Positions 9,198 to 17,660 of a stretch of DNA of 63,514 nt are shown here, piece after piece. The translations under genes and the position numbers were made by a program. Positions within the stretch are counted from its first letter, which is position 1, and each line of letters starts with the position of its first letter. The notes below the pieces were generated by a model, which saw only the letters and a program-made list of their open reading frames with translations, was not told where the DNA came from and made no database searches. The stretch comes from Actinomycetota bacterium (lineage in GTDB: Bacteria; Actinomycetota; Acidimicrobiia; Acidimicrobiales; CADCTF01), in assembly GCA_019348255.1 (NCBI GenBank), contig JAHWJU010000003.1, forward strand, positions 1-63,514, given 5' to 3'.

Positions 9198-10451
9198 TCA
9201 GCGCCGGCGCTCGACCTCGGCACCCAGGCCGCGCAGCTTGCCGGCGAAGTCGTCGTAGCCGCGGTCGATGTGGGAGGCGTCCTGCACCTCCGTCTCCCCC
9301 TCGGCCACGAGCCCGGCCAGCGCCAGCGCCACGCCCGCCCGCAGGTCGTGGGCCTTGACCCGCGCCCCCGACAGCCGCGGCACCCCGCGAACGACGGCGT
9401 GATGACCCTCGGTGCGGATGTCGGCACCCATGCGCATGAGCTCGGCGACGTAGGCGAAGCGGTTGTCGCGGAACACGTTCTCCGTCACGATCCCCACCCC
9501 TTCGGCCATCGCCAGCATCGTCACCAGCAGCGGCTTGTAGTCGGTGGCGATGCCGGGATAGGGAAGCGTCGCCACGTCCGTCGACTGCAGCCGGCCCGAG
9601 CAGGACGCCCACAGCCCGCTGCGGGAAGGCGAGACCCGCACGCCCATCACCCCCATCTTCTGGATGACCATGTCCATGTGGTCGGGCCGGGCCGCTTCGA
9701 TGGTGACCTCGCCGCCGGCGATCCCGACCGCCGCAACCCATGTCGCCGCCTCGATCCGGTCGGGGATGGTCGTGTGCTCCACCGCCGTCAGCTCGTCCAC
9801 TCCTTCGACCTCGATCGTCGACGTGCCGGCGCCGGAGACACGGGCTCCCATGCGGTTGAGCATGGCGGCCAGGTCCGCCACCTCGGGCTCCCTGGCCGCG
9901 TTCTCGACGATGGTCGTGCCCTTGGCCAGGACGGCGGCCATGAGCAGGTTGTCGGTGGCGGTGTGGCTCGGGAACTCCAGCACGACCCGGGTCCCCAGCA
10001 GGCGGTCGCAGGACGCCTCGATGTAGCCGTGGTGGACGTCGAAGCTGGCTCCCATCTTCTCCAGGCCCAACAGGTGCATGTCGATGGGCCGGGTGCCGAA
10101 GTTGTCACCCCCGGGCATCGAGACCCGGGCCCGGCCGAAGCGGGCCAGCAGCGGGCCGAGCACCACGATCGAGGCCCGCATCCGCTCCACCAGCTCATAG
10201 GGGGCCTCCGGCACGATGTCGGAGCCGCAGTGGACCGACAGATCCGTGCCGCTGCGCCGGGTGTCGATCCCCATCGACACCAACAGGTCGCACATCACCT
10301 CGACGTCGGCGATCCGGGGCACGTTGTGCAGGACGAAGTCGCCCTGCGCCAGCACCGTCGCTGCCAGCAGCTTGAGCGCCGAGTTCTTGGCGCCGCTCAC
10401 CCGCACGGTGCCCGACAGCGGGCCGCTCGGGCGCACCACGAGACTGTCCAT
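9198..10451 (-). CDS. murA: UDP-N-acetylglucosamine 1-carboxyvinyltransferase
   Basis: The 1023-aa ORF 9198..12269 is trimmed to ATG 10451 (MDSLVVRPSGPLSGTVRVSGAKNSALKLLAA). The active-site loop reads MPGGDNFGTRPID. The rest of the ORF is antisense to the MFS gene. Confidence 0.95.
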   Translation of the reverse strand: MDSLVVRPSGPLSGTVRVSGAKNSALKLLAATVLAQGDFVLHNVPRIADVEVMCDLLVSMGIDTRRSGTDLSVHCGSDIVPEAPYELVERMRASIVVLGPLLARFGRARVSMPGGDNFGTRPIDMHLLGLEKMGASFDVHHGYIEASCDRLLGTRVVLEFPSHTATDNLLMAAVLAKGTTIVENAAREPEVADLAAMLNRMGARVSGAGTSTIEVEGVDELTAVEHTTIPDRIEAATWVAAVGIAGGEVTIEAARPDHMDMVIQKMGVMGVRVSPSRSGLWASCSGRLQSTDVATLPYPGIATDYKPLLVTMLAMAEGVGIVTENVFRDNRFAYVAELMRMGADIRTEGHHAVVRGVPRLSGARVKAHDLRAGVALALAGLVAEGETEVQDASHIDRGYDDFAGKLRGLGAEVERRR

Positions 10452-10502
10452 GGTGCCCAGTGTGGCGCCTCCGGCGGGTCGGGGTAGACGTCGGGCCGTC
10501 CT

Positions 10503-12041
10503 ATGCTCCGGGGGCCCGTGACCCGCGTCGTGACCAGCGCCCGCGTGAGTCCCGGGCGCCTGCCCGAGATCCTGACCCCCCGCAATGGCCTGGTGGTGGA
10601 AGAGCCTGCCGGTGCCGGGCTGTACCGGGCCGTTCGGGGACCGGTGCACGACTATTGCCGCACACTCGAGGTCACGCCTGCCGACGGAGACCCGGCCGGG
10701 GACGTGAACGTCTGCCAGACGGTGACCTACGACCTCGCCGTCCCGTTCTTCGGATGGCTGTTCGGCTGGCCCTTCCGCCGGAGCATGCGCCGGCTGGGCG
10801 CGCCCGGGCGCCATCCGTGGTGGGCGCCCCCGGACCCTTTGGATCCGCGTGCAGCATCGATGTTGGCTTCCCTGTGTGCCCTGGCTGCGGTCGCCGCCTA
10901 CCCCGGCATCCTCCTCGGCCAGACGATCGAGTTCGCACGGGAGGAGATGGGCTTCCTGCCCTCGGCCCAGAGCCTGGCCCTGGCCGCCGTTCGGGGCGAC
11001 TTCGTGGTGGCGCTGGGCCTGGTCGCCTTCGCCGATCGCAAAGGCCGCCGGCAGGTGACGCTGGGCGCCCTGGCCGCCGGCTGCGTCCTGGTGGCGCTGG
11101 GTTCGCTGGCGCCCGACCTGGGGCTTCTCACCGGCACCCAGGTGGCGGGGCGCGGCTGTCTGACCGGCGCCCTCATCCTGATGGGGATCATGGCGGCCGA
11201 GGAGATGCCCGCCAACAGCCGCGCCTACGCCGTGAGCCTGCTCAGCGCGGCCGGCGCGCTGGGCGCCGGTATGGCGCTGGCCAGCCTCCCCCTCGCCGAC
11301 CTCGGCGTCCGCGGGTGGCGGCTGCCCTTCGCACTGTCGCTGGTGGGGGTCCCCCTGGTGGCCGTGATAGGGCGCCGGCTGCCGGAGAGCCGCCGGTTCC
11401 GGATGCCGCATGCCGAGGTGGGGATGCGCGGCCACGGCCGGCGCCTGTGGCTCCTGGGCGTGAGCGCCTTCCTCTTCTCGATCTTCCTGGGCCCCGCCTC
11501 GCAGTACCAGAACGTCTTCCTGCGCCGTGAACGCGGCTTCTCGGGGGCCCGCATCGCCCTGTTCACCATCGCCACCAACGTCTGGGGCGGCATCGGCATC
11601 GTCGCCGGTGGGCGTCTGGCCGATGTCCGGGGCCGGCGGGTCGTGGCCTCCGTCGGTGTGGTGGGCGGTGTCGGGGCCACTGTGGCGATGTTCTTCTCCA
11701 CCGGCTGGACCATCTGGGCCTGGTCGGTGGTCGGGGCCGTCATCGGCGCGGCAACCGTCCCCGCACTCGGCGTCTACGGGCCCGAGCTGTTCCCGACGTC
11801 GCTGCGCGGTCGAGCCAACGGCATCATCAGCGGGCTCGGCCGGGCCGGAAGCGTCGCCGGCCTGCTGTTCGTGGCCGCCGTGATCAACGACCGCACCAAC
11901 CTCGCACCGGTCCTCGCTCTGCTGGCACTGGGGCCCGCGCTGCTCGTGGTGCTGGTGCTCGTCGCCTACCCGGAGACGGCGCACCGGGAGCTGGAGGACC
12001 TGAACCCCGAAGATGCCCCCCCGATAGCCTCGGACCCGTGA
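10503..12041 (+). CDS. MFS transporter with a ~110-aa N-terminal soluble extension
   Basis: About 12 hydrophobic helices from about aa 115 onward. The loop 2-3 motif is FADRKGRRQV and the repeat-half motif is LADVRGRRVV. GC3 remains high across the N-terminal extension. Confidence 0.8.
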   Translation: MLRGPVTRVVTSARVSPGRLPEILTPRNGLVVEEPAGAGLYRAVRGPVHDYCRTLEVTPADGDPAGDVNVCQTVTYDLAVPFFGWLFGWPFRRSMRRLGAPGRHPWWAPPDPLDPRAASMLASLCALAAVAAYPGILLGQTIEFAREEMGFLPSAQSLALAAVRGDFVVALGLVAFADRKGRRQVTLGALAAGCVLVALGSLAPDLGLLTGTQVAGRGCLTGALILMGIMAAEEMPANSRAYAVSLLSAAGALGAGMALASLPLADLGVRGWRLPFALSLVGVPLVAVIGRRLPESRRFRMPHAEVGMRGHGRRLWLLGVSAFLFSIFLGPASQYQNVFLRRERGFSGARIALFTIATNVWGGIGIVAGGRLADVRGRRVVASVGVVGGVGATVAMFFSTGWTIWAWSVVGAVIGAATVPALGVYGPELFPTSLRGRANGIISGLGRAGSVAGLLFVAAVINDRTNLAPVLALLALGPALLVVLVLVAYPETAHRELEDLNPEDAPPIASDP

Positions 12042-13582
12042 CCGGGCTCTCCGAGTACCTGCGGGTGGTCTGGCGGCGAAAGTGGCGCATCGTCGTGGTC
12101 GCGCTGGTGCTCGCCGCCACCGTCTATGCCCGCAGCGACTCCAGGCCCGACGAGTACGCGGCCGAGGCGATGCTCTCGGTGACCCCCGGGAGGGCCTCCA
12201 CCCCGGGGGGCGCCGGCCTCCTCGCCCGCTCCTACGCGGTGATGGCGGGAACCAGACCGGTGGTGGCACGAGCGGTCGAGGACGGCAAGCTGCGGGAGGG
12301 GGCGTCGGTCGCCCGGGACCAGGTGTCGGCCGAGGCCACCGACGACGGCTTCGTTCGCATCCGGGCCGAGGGCCCCTCGCCCCGCCGGGCCGAGCAGCTG
12401 GCCACCGCCGTGGCTCAGGCGCTGGTGACGACGGTGAAGTCGCGACAAGACGCCGCCCGCCAGGAGGCCCTGGCCGCGCCCCTGGCCGAGATGGCCGATC
12501 TCGAACGCCAGCTGGGCTCGCGGGACCTGGCGGCCGACGCCCCCCTGCGGGCGGCGTTGCTCGCCCGCTACACCGAGTTGACCCGCGCCGTCACGGCCGC
12601 CCGCCTCGTGCCCCCGGACCGGGTGGAGATCGTCTCGCCGGCTCGCGCCCCGTCGGCGCCCGTGTCGCCCCAGCCGGCGGCCGACGCCCTCCTCACCCTC
12701 GTCCTGGCCCTCGGGGCGTTCTCGGTGCTGGCCGTGGGAGTCGAGGTGCTGAGTGACCGCTTCAGCACCGAACGCCCGGCCGAGGAGGCGGCCCGGATCA
12801 CCGGGCTGCCGGTGCTCGCCCAGATCCCCAAGGCGGGCGGCGCCGAGGTCATCGAGGCCTTCCGCACGCTGCGTACCAGCCTCATGTTCATGTCCACCTC
12901 CGAGCGGCTGAGGACCCTGGCCGTGGTGGGCGTGGACCCCGGGTCGGGCAAGACGTTCGCGGCGCTGAACCTGGCTCGTGAGGCGGCCGCGCTGGAGGTG
13001 CCGGTGGTGCTCATCGACGGCGACCTGCGCCGGCCCATCATCCACGAGCGCGTCGGCCTGCCCCGGACGCCGGGGCTGAGCGAGGTGCTCACCGGGACCG
13101 TCGACATCGCCCACGTCGGCCAGCTGGTGGCGGGCTGGCTCCGGGTGGTGCCGGGGGGTTCGCCCGTGGCCGATCCCGCCGGGCTGTTCGGCGGGCGCCT
13201 CTTCGGCGAGGCGCTCGACGGCATGACGTGGGCCGAGTTGGTGATCGTCGACACGCCCGCCAGCGGGCTGTTCGCCGACGCCTTGGCCATCGCCTCGCAG
13301 TGCGACGCCACGCTCGTCGTGGTCGACGCCCAGAACAGCCGGCGGCGACCGGTGCGCCACCTGGTCGACAACCTCCGCCAGGTGAGCGCCCAACCGATCG
13401 GGATCGTGCTCAACAAGACCGAGCCCACCCTGCGGCCCTCCTACTACGACACCAAGGATCCCAAAGGTCCCCGCTCACGCCCGGCGCCCTCCGCCGGGCG
13501 CGGGTCTCCCGCTGGTGGCGGCCAGGGCGGCGGCGAGGCATCACCCAGCCGTTCCACCCCCGCCGGCACCCAGTCCCAGTAG
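12038..13582 (+). CDS. polysaccharide co-polymerase / BY-type tyrosine autokinase (Wzz-like N-domain plus CpsD/CapB-like ATPase)
   Basis: GTG 12038 overlaps the MFS stop as GTGA. Two TM helices flank an extracytoplasmic coiled region. Walker A is VDPGSGKTF, A-prime is VLIDGDLRRP and Walker B is LVIVDTPA. The C-terminal tail has only a YY pair (PSYYDTK). Confidence 0.8.
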   Translation: MTGLSEYLRVVWRRKWRIVVVALVLAATVYARSDSRPDEYAAEAMLSVTPGRASTPGGAGLLARSYAVMAGTRPVVARAVEDGKLREGASVARDQVSAEATDDGFVRIRAEGPSPRRAEQLATAVAQALVTTVKSRQDAARQEALAAPLAEMADLERQLGSRDLAADAPLRAALLARYTELTRAVTAARLVPPDRVEIVSPARAPSAPVSPQPAADALLTLVLALGAFSVLAVGVEVLSDRFSTERPAEEAARITGLPVLAQIPKAGGAEVIEAFRTLRTSLMFMSTSERLRTLAVVGVDPGSGKTFAALNLAREAAALEVPVVLIDGDLRRPIIHERVGLPRTPGLSEVLTGTVDIAHVGQLVAGWLRVVPGGSPVADPAGLFGGRLFGEALDGMTWAELVIVDTPASGLFADALAIASQCDATLVVVDAQNSRRRPVRHLVDNLRQVSAQPIGIVLNKTEPTLRPSYYDTKDPKGPRSRPAPSAGRGSPAGGGQGGGEASPSRSTPAGTQSQ

Positions 13583-14140
13583 TTCGGCCACCCAGGTGGC
13601 CACTGCCTCGGCGACCACACGGTCGCGCCCTCTGAGACCGTGGTCGCCGCCGTCTATCCACTGATGCTCGACCGGGCCGGGGATGGCGGCGGTCGCCGCC
13701 TCGAGCTCGGCGGGGCCGGCGAAGGCGTCCCTCGTGCCGGAGAGGAAGAGGCAGGGGACGCCGATGCCGGGGAAGTGCCCGGTACGGAGACGCTCCGGCC
13801 GCCCCGGAGGGTGCAGCGGGTAGGACACCAGGACCAGCCCGGCGGCGTTGAGGCCCTCCGCCACCGCCATCGAGCAGATGCGTCCTCCCATGGAGCGCCC
13901 CCCCAGCACGAGGCGGCTCGGCTCGACCTTCGCGGTGCGGGTCAGCCGCTCCGCCTCCTCCACCACCGTCGACACCAGCACCGGGGGCCGGTCCGGCGCC
14001 TTTCGCCCCGCTGTCGTGTACGGGAAGTCGATGCGGGCCACCGCCACCCCCAGAGGCGTCACCGCCTCCTCGATGGCAACCAGAGCCGGTTGGTTGCGGT
14101 TCGCGCTGGCGCCCGGCGCCAACAGCAGCGCCGCCCTCAT
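13541..14140 (-). CDS. alpha/beta hydrolase (dienelactone-hydrolase/KANL3-like fold)
   Basis: ORF 13541..14767 trimmed to ATG 14140, which overlaps the upstream stop as ATGA. Nucleophile elbow GGRSMGG, with later SGTRDAF and GGDHGL giving a Ser-Asp-His arrangement. Confidence 0.75.
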   Translation of the reverse strand: MRAALLLAPGASANRNQPALVAIEEAVTPLGVAVARIDFPYTTAGRKAPDRPPVLVSTVVEEAERLTRTAKVEPSRLVLGGRSMGGRICSMAVAEGLNAAGLVLVSYPLHPPGRPERLRTGHFPGIGVPCLFLSGTRDAFAGPAELEAATAAIPGPVEHQWIDGGDHGLRGRDRVVAEAVATWVAELLGLGAGGGGTAG

Positions 14141-14841
14141 GCCGTCTGCAGGAGGATGCGACGGGCCTCGGTCAGGTCCTGGATGCGCTGACCGGCACCG
14201 GCCGCCTGGCCCCCGTGGTCGGGGTGGGCGTCTCTCACCATGGTGCGGAAGCGCTTCTGGATGTCGCTGCGGGCCGGTTCGCTGTCGGGGGCGAACCCGA
14301 GCAGCCGCAGCGCCCACAGCTCGTCGTTGGGCTGGCCCCGGCGTCGGAAGCTGCCGGCCTCGTCCCCGGTCAGGAACTCGATGAGCTTCTCGTCGATGCC
14401 GCCCGTCCAGCGGGTAGCCCGGCGCAGTAGCCGAAACACCTCCTCGCGGACCTTGTAGGAGAGGTGGCCGGCAGCGTAGAGGGCGCCCAGGATCTGCGGC
14501 ATCACGGCGCCATGGCCGTCGATCTCCAGTGACAGCGACTCCCCCTCCCCCACCAGACGGTGGGTGCTCGAGTCGAGGCCGTGGACGTCGGACTGGAAGC
14601 GGTGCAGGACCCGGGGCTGCACGATGCGCCGCCGCTGCTCGAGGTCCTGGAGCAACTCGTCCACCCGGTCGAGGGTCTCGTCGTCCTCCAGCGCGCTCAC
14701 GCCGGCAGCGACCACGCCGGCCAGCAGCAGGCCGCCGAAGCCCGGCGGGGGGTCGGTCGGGAGCCACAGGCTCCCCAGTGCCAGCCGGCGGGTAGGGGCG
14801 TAGGGGCGGGAGTGACGTACCTCCAGCTCGGCCAGCAGCAC
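14137..14841 (-). CDS. J-domain (DnaJ-like) protein with an uncharacterised N-terminal domain
   Basis: The C-terminal approximately 60 aa read LRLLGFAPDSEPARSDIQKRFRTMVRDAHPDHGGQ..IQDLTEARRIL, with the HPD tripeptide between two helices. GTG start at 14841. Confidence 0.7.
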   Translation of the reverse strand: MLLAELEVRHSRPYAPTRRLALGSLWLPTDPPPGFGGLLLAGVVAAGVSALEDDETLDRVDELLQDLEQRRRIVQPRVLHRFQSDVHGLDSSTHRLVGEGESLSLEIDGHGAVMPQILGALYAAGHLSYKVREEVFRLLRRATRWTGGIDEKLIEFLTGDEAGSFRRRGQPNDELWALRLLGFAPDSEPARSDIQKRFRTMVRDAHPDHGGQAAGAGQRIQDLTEARRILLQTA

Positions 14842-14845
14842 GGCG

Positions 14846-15499
14846 CTACACGTAGGTGAAGAGCACGTCGCGCAACCGCTGCGCGTTCGCGGCCACCACC
14901 TCGTCGTCCTCCTCCGCCTCGATGGAGGAGCTCACCTCGCGCGCCAGCTCCTGGACCCGACGCCACACCTCGGGCTCGATGCCGAAGGGCGGCTCGATGC
15001 TGCCGGCGGCGTCGGCGGCGTCGAAGAACTCACCCGCCAGCGCGAGGTCGTCGGGGTCGTCCTTCAGGCGGTCGGCAGCCACGTAGAGCTGGCCCATGAC
15101 GGCGTAGACGGCCTCGTCGTCGTCGCCCTCGGCGGCCACGGCCTCCAGGGCGTCGGGGTTGTCGATCTCGTCGAGGATGGCGTCGACCGTCTCTTCGTCC
15201 TTCTCGCCCACCACCAGATCGCTGGCTACCGCCCAGGGCTCACCCGGCTCGTAGCTGACCTCGACGTCGGCCCCGGTCGGCGTCTCCCACTGGTGCTCGA
15301 TGCTGTCGGCCTGGAGGCGCAACTCGATCGTGCCCCGCTGATCAGGTGTCAGGTCGTTCAGCTCGTAGACGATGACCTGCGTGTCCTCCTCGTCGTCAGG
15401 GGCGGCGTCGCTCAACGCGACGTCGCAGTCGGCGCAGACAGCCACGCCTTCGCGGTACTCGGCACCGCAGTTCGGACACCACCGGCTGACCTCGGACAT
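14846..15499 (-). CDS. highly acidic zinc-ribbon protein (hypothetical)
   Basis: N-terminal CPNCG-x12-CADCD zinc ribbon. The remainder is Asp/Glu-rich. The stop lies 4 nt before the J-domain gene start. Confidence 0.65.
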   Translation of the reverse strand: MSEVSRWCPNCGAEYREGVAVCADCDVALSDAAPDDEEDTQVIVYELNDLTPDQRGTIELRLQADSIEHQWETPTGADVEVSYEPGEPWAVASDLVVGEKDEETVDAILDEIDNPDALEAVAAEGDDDEAVYAVMGQLYVAADRLKDDPDDLALAGEFFDAADAAGSIEPPFGIEPEVWRRVQELAREVSSSIEAEEDDEVVAANAQRLRDVLFTYV

Positions 15500-15547
15500 G
15501 AAGGTGGAGGCTAGCGGCGGGTCGGCGGGCGTCGCCCCCCGGGGGCT

Positions 15548-15967
15548 CTAGAGAAGGCCGTAGGACCGGCGGGGCCGGCGGGCGGCACCCTGGAGGCCGG
15601 CGCCCAGACCGATGAGCAGGAGGCCCAGCGGCACGAGCTTGTCGGCGGCGACGCCGGTGTCGGCGAGGTCGGCGCCGGTCTGGCCGGTCTGGCCCGTCTG
15701 GCCGGTCTGGCCGGTCTGGGAGCCGGCGGTCTCGGCCGTTCCGGCTGCTTTCGCCGGCGCGGCGGTGGTCGGCGTCGCCGGAGTGACCGGGATCGACCGC
15801 ACGGGCGGCATGGTCGTGGTGGTCTGGGCTGCGGCCCCCGAGGCCGAAGCGAGGCCCGTGACCATCACGACGGAGAAGATGGCCGCCCTCGTCCGTCGCA
15901 CCGGCCGACCATAGCAAACGGTGCCGGCGGCGAGTGACACCACCGGCTGAATGTCGTGATCGGCCAC
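15548..15967 (-). CDS. small secreted Thr/Ala/Pro-rich protein with an LAXTG-type sortase sorting signal
   Basis: The C-terminus DLADTG is followed by the hydrophobic LVPLGLLLIGLGAGL and the basic tail RRPRRS. The signal-peptide-like segment RRTRAAIFSVVMVTGLASASGAAAQ suggests the alternative GTG start at 15901. Confidence 0.6.
   Translation of the reverse strand: MADHDIQPVVSLAAGTVCYGRPVRRTRAAIFSVVMVTGLASASGAAAQTTTTMPPVRSIPVTPATPTTAAPAKAAGTAETAGSQTGQTGQTGQTGQTGADLADTGVAADKLVPLGLLLIGLGAGLQGAARRPRRSYGLL
15675..15719 (-). repeat. 9-bp tandem repeat, 5 copies (ccggtctgg; third copy cccgtctgg), encoding (QTG)5
   Basis: Read directly from the sequence at 15675-15719. It is in frame inside the LAXTG protein (SQTGQTGQTGQTGQTG). 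Confidence 0.9.
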
Positions 15968-15981
15968 CGGCCCGGCGGCGG

Positions 15982-17658
15982 TCAGATCCCGGTGGCCTCG
16001 CGGTACCGGCCGAACACCCCGGCCAGAGCCTGCACCATCTCACCCAGCGTGGCGTAGCGCCTGGCGGCCTCGAGGATGGGCGGCATGAGGTTGGTGGTCG
16101 GCTCTGCTGCGGCTGCGGCCAGGTCACGCAGGGCTTCCTCTACCGCCCCATGGCTCCTGGAACGGCGGACCTCCGCCACCCGCTTCAGCTGTGACTCCTC
16201 GGCCTCGGGCCCGATGGCCAGCAGCGTCGGCCGCCCGTCGTCGCCCTCGGTGAAGGCGTTCACTCCCACGACGATGCGCCGTCCGTCGTTGACCTTCAAC
16301 TCGGCCTCGTAGGCGGAGCGGGCGATCTCGCCTTGGAACCAGCCCTTTTCGATGCCGGCGTACACACCGTCGAGCATCGACCCCTCGCCCATCTCCTCGA
16401 GGTGGGTGAAGATCTCCTCGGCTCGGCGCTCCATCTCGTCGGTGATCGCCTCGACCGCCCACGACCCCCCGAGCGGGTCGACGACGTTGGCCACCCCCGA
16501 CTCGTAAGCCACGACCTGCTGGGTGCGCAGGGCCAGCCGCGCCGCCTTCTCGGTGGGCAGGGCAAGGGCTTCGTCGTAGGCGTCGGTGTGCAGGCTCTGG
16601 GTGCCGCCCAGCACGGCGGCAAGGGCCTGGATGGCTACCCGGGCCACGTTGACCTCGGGCTGCTGCGCGGTGAGGGAGACGCCCGCGGTCTGGGTGTGGA
16701 AACGGCACTGCAGCGACCGCGGGTTCTTCGCGCCGTAGCGCCCTGACATCCACCGGGCCCAGATGCGCCGGGCGGCGCGGAGCTTGCCCACCTCTTCGAG
16801 GAAGTCCCAGTAGGAGTTGAAGAAGAACGACAGCCGGGGGGCGAACTCGTCGACGGCCAGTCCCGCGGCGGTCGCCGCCTCGACGTAGGCGAACCCGTTG
16901 CCCAGGGTGAAGGCGAGCTCCTGGGCGGCTGTCGAGCCCGCCTCCCGGATGTGGTAGCCCGAGACGGACACCGGGTGCCAGCGGGGCATCTCGGCGGTGC
17001 AGAAGCGGATCATGTCGGTCACTATCCGCATCGAGGGCCGGGGCGGGTAGATGAACTCCTTTTGGGCCTGGTACTCCTTCAAGATGTCGTTCTGGATGGT
17101 GCCGGCCAGGCGGGCCCGTTCCACTCCCGAGCGCTCCCCCACCACCACGTACATGGCCAGGGCCATGGCCGCGCCCGAGTTGATGGTCATCGACGTGGTC
17201 ACGCGGCTGAGGTCAATGTCGGCGAAGAGATCCTCGAAGTCGGCCAGGCTGTCGACGGCGACGCCCGCCTTGCCCACCTCGCCCAGTGACCGGGGGTCGT
17301 CGGAGTCGCGGCCCATCAGGGTCGGGAGGTCGAAGGCGGTGGACAGCCCGTCGCCCCCGCTGCGCAGGATCTCCTTGAACCGGGCGTTGGTGTCCTCGGC
17401 GGTGCCGAAGCCGGCGAACATCCGCATGGTCCAGAGCTTCGAGCGGTACATCGAGGCGTGAGGGCCCCTGGTGTAGGGGTACTGGCCGGGCCACCCGATC
17501 CGCTCCGGAACCGCCTCGGGACCCTCGTCGGGGATGTACAGCGGCTCGAGGGGGATGCCCGACAGGGTCTCGGCCGGAAGCTCCCGCTGGGGCGCTGCTT
17601 CGAAGCTGCGCCGCCACTCCTCATGCGCCGTCACCAGCCCAAAGGGTATCGTCGCCAT
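15982..17658 (-). CDS. icmA: B12-dependent acyl-CoA mutase large (substrate-binding) subunit, isobutyryl-CoA-mutase-like; no B12-binding domain
   Basis: ORF trimmed to ATG 17658 (MATIPFGLV). Contains [19 protein letters not shown] and [15 protein letters not shown]. Phe and Gln occupy the positions that are Tyr89 and Arg207 in methylmalonyl-CoA mutase. The protein ends after the TIM-barrel and linker. Confidence 0.75.
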   Translation of the reverse strand: MATIPFGLVTAHEEWRRSFEAAPQRELPAETLSGIPLEPLYIPDEGPEAVPERIGWPGQYPYTRGPHASMYRSKLWTMRMFAGFGTAEDTNARFKEILRSGGDGLSTAFDLPTLMGRDSDDPRSLGEVGKAGVAVDSLADFEDLFADIDLSRVTTSMTINSGAAMALAMYVVVGERSGVERARLAGTIQNDILKEYQAQKEFIYPPRPSMRIVTDMIRFCTAEMPRWHPVSVSGYHIREAGSTAAQELAFTLGNGFAYVEAATAAGLAVDEFAPRLSFFFNSYWDFLEEVGKLRAARRIWARWMSGRYGAKNPRSLQCRFHTQTAGVSLTAQQPEVNVARVAIQALAAVLGGTQSLHTDAYDEALALPTEKAARLALRTQQVVAYESGVANVVDPLGGSWAVEAITDEMERRAEEIFTHLEEMGEGSMLDGVYAGIEKGWFQGEIARSAYEAELKVNDGRRIVVGVNAFTEGDDGRPTLLAIGPEAEESQLKRVAEVRRSRSHGAVEEALRDLAAAAAEPTTNLMPPILEAARRYATLGEMVQALAGVFGRYREATGI

Positions 17659-17660
17659 CC

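Noticed and set aside
10452-12269. N-terminal 600 aa of the 1023-aa ORF that contains murA
   Set aside because: MurA is complete from ATG 10451. The upstream part is antisense to the MFS transporter and is Arg/Gly/Pro/His-rich.
15675-15719. Possible CRISPR or other non-coding repeat arrays (9-bp, 27-bp, 126-bp and 276-bp repeats at 15675, 58294, 48175 and 62667)
   Set aside because: All of these are head-to-tail, in-frame coding repeats without unique spacers. No cas genes are present. They are not CRISPR arrays.
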